Assembly: GCA_002269645.1 (NCBI GenBank)
Contig: NIVC01000272.1
Coordinates: forward strand, 1-64,000
Reading direction: 5' to 3'
Origin: Macrostomum lignano
Taxonomy: Eukaryota
Length of the DNA: 64,000 nt
Numbering within the stretch: the stretch's first letter is position 1; every line of letters begins with the position of its first letter. Positions 60,589 to 64,000 of the stretch are shown piece after piece. Below the pieces are notes generated by a model. The model did no database searches, was not told the origin of the DNA, and worked only from the letters and a program-made list of their open reading frames with translations. A program made the translations under genes and the position numbers.

Positions 60589-60896
60589 ATGCCGGCGCCG
60601 CGCGCCAACAACTTGGCTAATGTGGCGCTTGGCGCGCTCGGCGCCCGCCGGCGCAGCTCCGCCATCCCTGACGGCGGCTTTGGCTACGATGGCGAATTCG
60701 ACGGCGACGGCGGCGACTTCGCTCTGGGCGGCACCAGCGGAGGTGAAGGCGGCGGCGGCGCTGGGGGACCTGACGGGCCGGGCGAGCTCAGCACGCAGAG
60801 CAGCCGAGTCGAGCGCCGTCGAGCGGTGAACACCAGCGATTTGAGGACCTGCGCCCTGCTGCAGTCACAGCTGAAGAACCTGCGCTCCTATCCAGA
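60589..60896 (+). CDS. Probable first coding exon of an unidentified gene
   Basis: GC3-rich codon usage like the confirmed exons; ATG at 60589; strong donor ga|gtgagt at 60897, followed by a minisatellite. Ends SRVERRRAVNTSDLRTCALLQSQLKNLRSYP. Not recognised. Confidence 0.6.
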
Positions 60897-60929
60897 GTGA
60901 GTGTCTTGCGGGGAGTTCCAGCTCCTGAC

Positions 60930-61325
60930 CATGATAGGCTAGATTAGCAATCCATTCTATTCCTGCATCCACTATAGGCTAGATTAGCAATCCATTCTAT
61001 TCCTGCAACCATGATAGGCTAGATTAGCAATCCATTCTATTTCTGCACCCATGATAGGCTAGATTAGCAATCCATTCTATTTCTGCACCCATGATAGGCT
61101 AGATTAGCAATCCATTCTTTTTCTGCAACCATGATAGGCTAGATTAGCAATCCATTCTATTTCTGCACCCATGATAGGCTAGATTAGCAATCCACTGTAT
61201 TCCTGCACCCATGATAGGCTAGATTAGCAATCCATTCTATTCCTGCACCCATGATAGGCTAGATTAGCAATCCATTCTATTCCTGCACCCATGATAGGCT
61301 AGATTAGCAATCCATTCTATTCCTG
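60930..61325. repeat. 40-bp minisatellite (catgataggctagattagcaatccattctattcctgcacc)
   Basis: About 10 copies. Confidence 0.95.
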
Positions 61326-62204
61326 CGCCCCGGCCCAGACCCTGGCAGCACGTACGGCACTCTGCCTCACAGATCAAAGGCATTCAGTCCTTCTCCCCGA
61401 GCCGCAAGCCCTGAAAGTTTCCGCTCGACCGAGCTCGAGTCGGAGGGGTCCGATATAAGGCGATTCCCGGTCGGCCGAGCAAAATTGAGTCACGGGCTGG
61501 CCGGAGTGGAATGCGGAATTCCGGCATTCGTTTCTCGTTTCCGTTTGAACACAGATCATACTCGAATTAAACATTAATTTGCTCATATATTTTCTAAGAA
61601 GGTCGCATTCAAAATTCCGGAATTGTCCAGGCTATCCTACTGACGGCAGTAGAGTGTCGGGAATGGAAGTAGAAAAAATAGCCAGCACACAGGCCTCTGA
61701 ACTATTTAGACTATTCAGTAAGTGGGGGCTCCGCCGTGTCCCCAGTTCAGGGGAGCCGCAGCCAACTGTTGATCCATTCTCCAGCCTCCGCTGCATCCCA
61801 GCCGATACCCGAGATAAATGCATTTTTCCCGACTCTAAACTTCCCAGCCTGTCCTCGCGTCTGGCTCTCCCAGTGGAGTTGCTGGGAGGCCAAAACAGCA
61901 ACCGAGCAAAGAAAGGCCGCGAGAGGCTGGGGGGAGGGGGAGGGGGTGACACAGAAACTGCTGAGATCCGGAACATGGGTTGCGGTGCGAACTGCCCCGG
62001 AGTCCCCCTGCCCGCCTGCTGGAGTCCCACCTCGATTCAACCCTCGACCCCCGATTCAACGATCAACCGTCGAACTCGCTCGAATCAATAAGTGTTGGCA
62101 CAGGGGGCTTCCAGATTCCTTTTTCAAATATTTATTTTCCAATGTCTGTCATTGTAATGGCGAAAATCAACACTTGAAAACTGCATGGTAAGGAGGATGA
62201 TGTG

Positions 62205-62229
62205 TCTGTCTGTGTCTCTGTGCGTGTGC

Positions 62230-62278
<49 letters not shown>

Positions 62279-62286
62279 TGTGTGTC
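62205..62286. repeat. (TG)n microsatellite
   Basis: Direct observation. Confidence 0.93.
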
Positions 62287-62704
62287 TCAGCTCTCCACAG
62301 CACTTCCCCTCTCCCTGGCTCCACCCGCGCGCGGGTTTGAGCACCCTGTGTGCACTTTTGCTCCCCAACTCCCGCGTGAGCCTCCCTGCTGCACGCCGGC
62401 CCCAATCCGCCTCTTCATCATCCCTCAGCGGCCTTCCTGCTCCGCTTCAAGTCCGGCCCGCTCCATTTCTAGGATAGGCTGGAAAGTCGCGCTGCTTGTT
62501 TAGTGTGAAAGCAGTGCCGGCAGGATTCAGACCGATTCACTGCCTGCAAATTATGATGGAGCAACAGACTCGCGTCTGTTTGGGTGTCGGGATGCTGGAT
62601 GGAATCTTGAAACTGAGGCAGATGTTGAGTCTGGCGTGTAGGTTGTGGATGATTGCAGAAAGGCGGAACTAGTAAAGATAAGGGCATTATTGTGAATTAG
62701 AGTG

Positions 62705-63365
62705 TCAGGGAGTGACAGTCATGAGAGTGACAGTCATGCGAGTGACAGTCGTGCGAGTGACAGTCATAGGACCCTCGTAGAAGCAATAATCAGAGGAGTG
62801 ACAGTCAAGGGAGTGACAGTCAAGGGAGTGACAGTCAAGGGAGTGACAGTCAAGGGAGTGACAGTCAAGGGAGTGACAGTCAAGGGAGTGACAGTCATGA
62901 GAGTGACAGTCGTGCGAGTGACAGTCACAGGTCCCTCGTAGAAGCAATAATCAGAGGAGTGACAGTCAAGGGAGTGACAGTCAAGGGAGTGACAGTCAAG
63001 GGAGTGACAGTCAAGGGAGTGACAGTCAAGGGAGTGACAGTCATGAGAGTGACAGTCATGCGAGTGACAGTCATAGGACCCTCGTAGAAGCAATAATCAG
63101 AGGAGTGACAGTCAAGGGAGTGACAGTCAAGGGAGTGACAGTCAAGGGAGTGACAGTCAAGGGAGTGACAGTCAAGGGAGTGACAGTCAAGGGAGTGACA
63201 GTCAAGGGAGTGACAGTCAAGGGAGTGACAGTCAAGGGAGTGACAGTCAAGGGAGTGACAGTCAAGGGAGTGACAGTCAAGGGAGTGACAGTCAAGGGAG
63301 TGACAGTCAATGGAGTGACAGTCAATGGAGTGACAGTCAATGGAGTGACAGTCAATGGAGTGACA
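62705..63365. repeat. 15-bp minisatellite (agggagtgacagtca) with a recurring ~31-bp interrupting segment
   Basis: Interrupt cataggaccctcgtagaagcaataatcagag at ~62765, ~62926 and ~63072. Confidence 0.95.
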
Positions 63366-64000
63366 ATCAGACAGTCAATGACAGACACTCTGAAAGGCCT
63401 AAAGTGAGACAGGCAGACAGTGTGGTAGGCCAGACAGAATGTTCAAGCTACAAAAGTGAGAAGCAAAGGATGCAGCTGATGATGCTGGGCCCATGGATAC
63501 ACATCAGAACTGACTGATTCAAAGAGGCACTCGCCCTTACCTGGAGACAGAGCAACTCAAGTAAAGCACTCCGGTAAACAAAGTCACACGGGCGACCTCA
63601 AGGCAAACTGCTGGATAATTAATAGGCCAGGGCCATGCACAGAGGCCGGGCAGCTGCCCGAGTACAAAGAGGAACCATCCAAGTATAAGAAGAAGAGTCA
63701 AGCTTAGACAGACACGTGGCAATTGTGAGCAAGAAGTTATTAATCCTTTCTGAGCAGTCATTGTGAAGCCTGTCTCGATTACCCCTCCGGCCGTTGTCTC
63801 TGCTCTCCATCCCCCAGCCTCTCCCCGCCCATCTCTCTCATGAGCTCTCGCGCTACTGAGCTGCAAAGTTGGAGCAGCTCAACTCTGCAGCTTTGGAGAG
63901 GGCAGAGGGAAGCTGGGCAGCTCAGCTTTCAAAGTTCCAGCGATGGAGGGGCACACGGCATCTGGTAGCCAGGGCAGACGGAATTGCTAGACGATAGAGG

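Overview
Eukaryotic (animal) genomic DNA with spliceosomal introns. GC-rich exons, minisatellite-filled introns and an RTE-type LINE relic suggest a free-living flatworm such as Macrostomum; this is inferred, not proven. Genes supported by homology and reconstructed splice sites: PRXL2C/AAED1-like (+, frameshifted), CHMP4/Snf7 (-), a disrupted nicotinic-receptor-like Cys-loop channel (-), an inverted caveolin pair, a nucleoredoxin/tryparedoxin-like gene, DDX54, NBN (Nbs1), ANKRA2/RFXANK, SPCS1 and calcyphosin-like CAPSL (+). Also present are a mariner relic, a LINE RT relic, a tRNA-derived SINE head and about 33 tandem arrays (roughly a third of the window by my estimate). Nearly all long ORFs in the supplied track are repeat artefacts. 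Most interesting: (1) six co-oriented genes, each spacer holding a tandem array, where DDX54 has no clear in-frame ATG and would get one from a flatworm spliced-leader AUG; (2) three nearly CpG-free AT-rich blocks at gene 5' ends that hold every TAGGCCTA palindrome I found; (3) intronic minisatellites whose units carry splice-site motifs, with the true acceptors mostly ending in CGCAG; (4) a GGAT(C) core shared by many arrays, with one family at two loci. Several single-base frameshifts look like long-read errors, so pseudogene calls are provisional.
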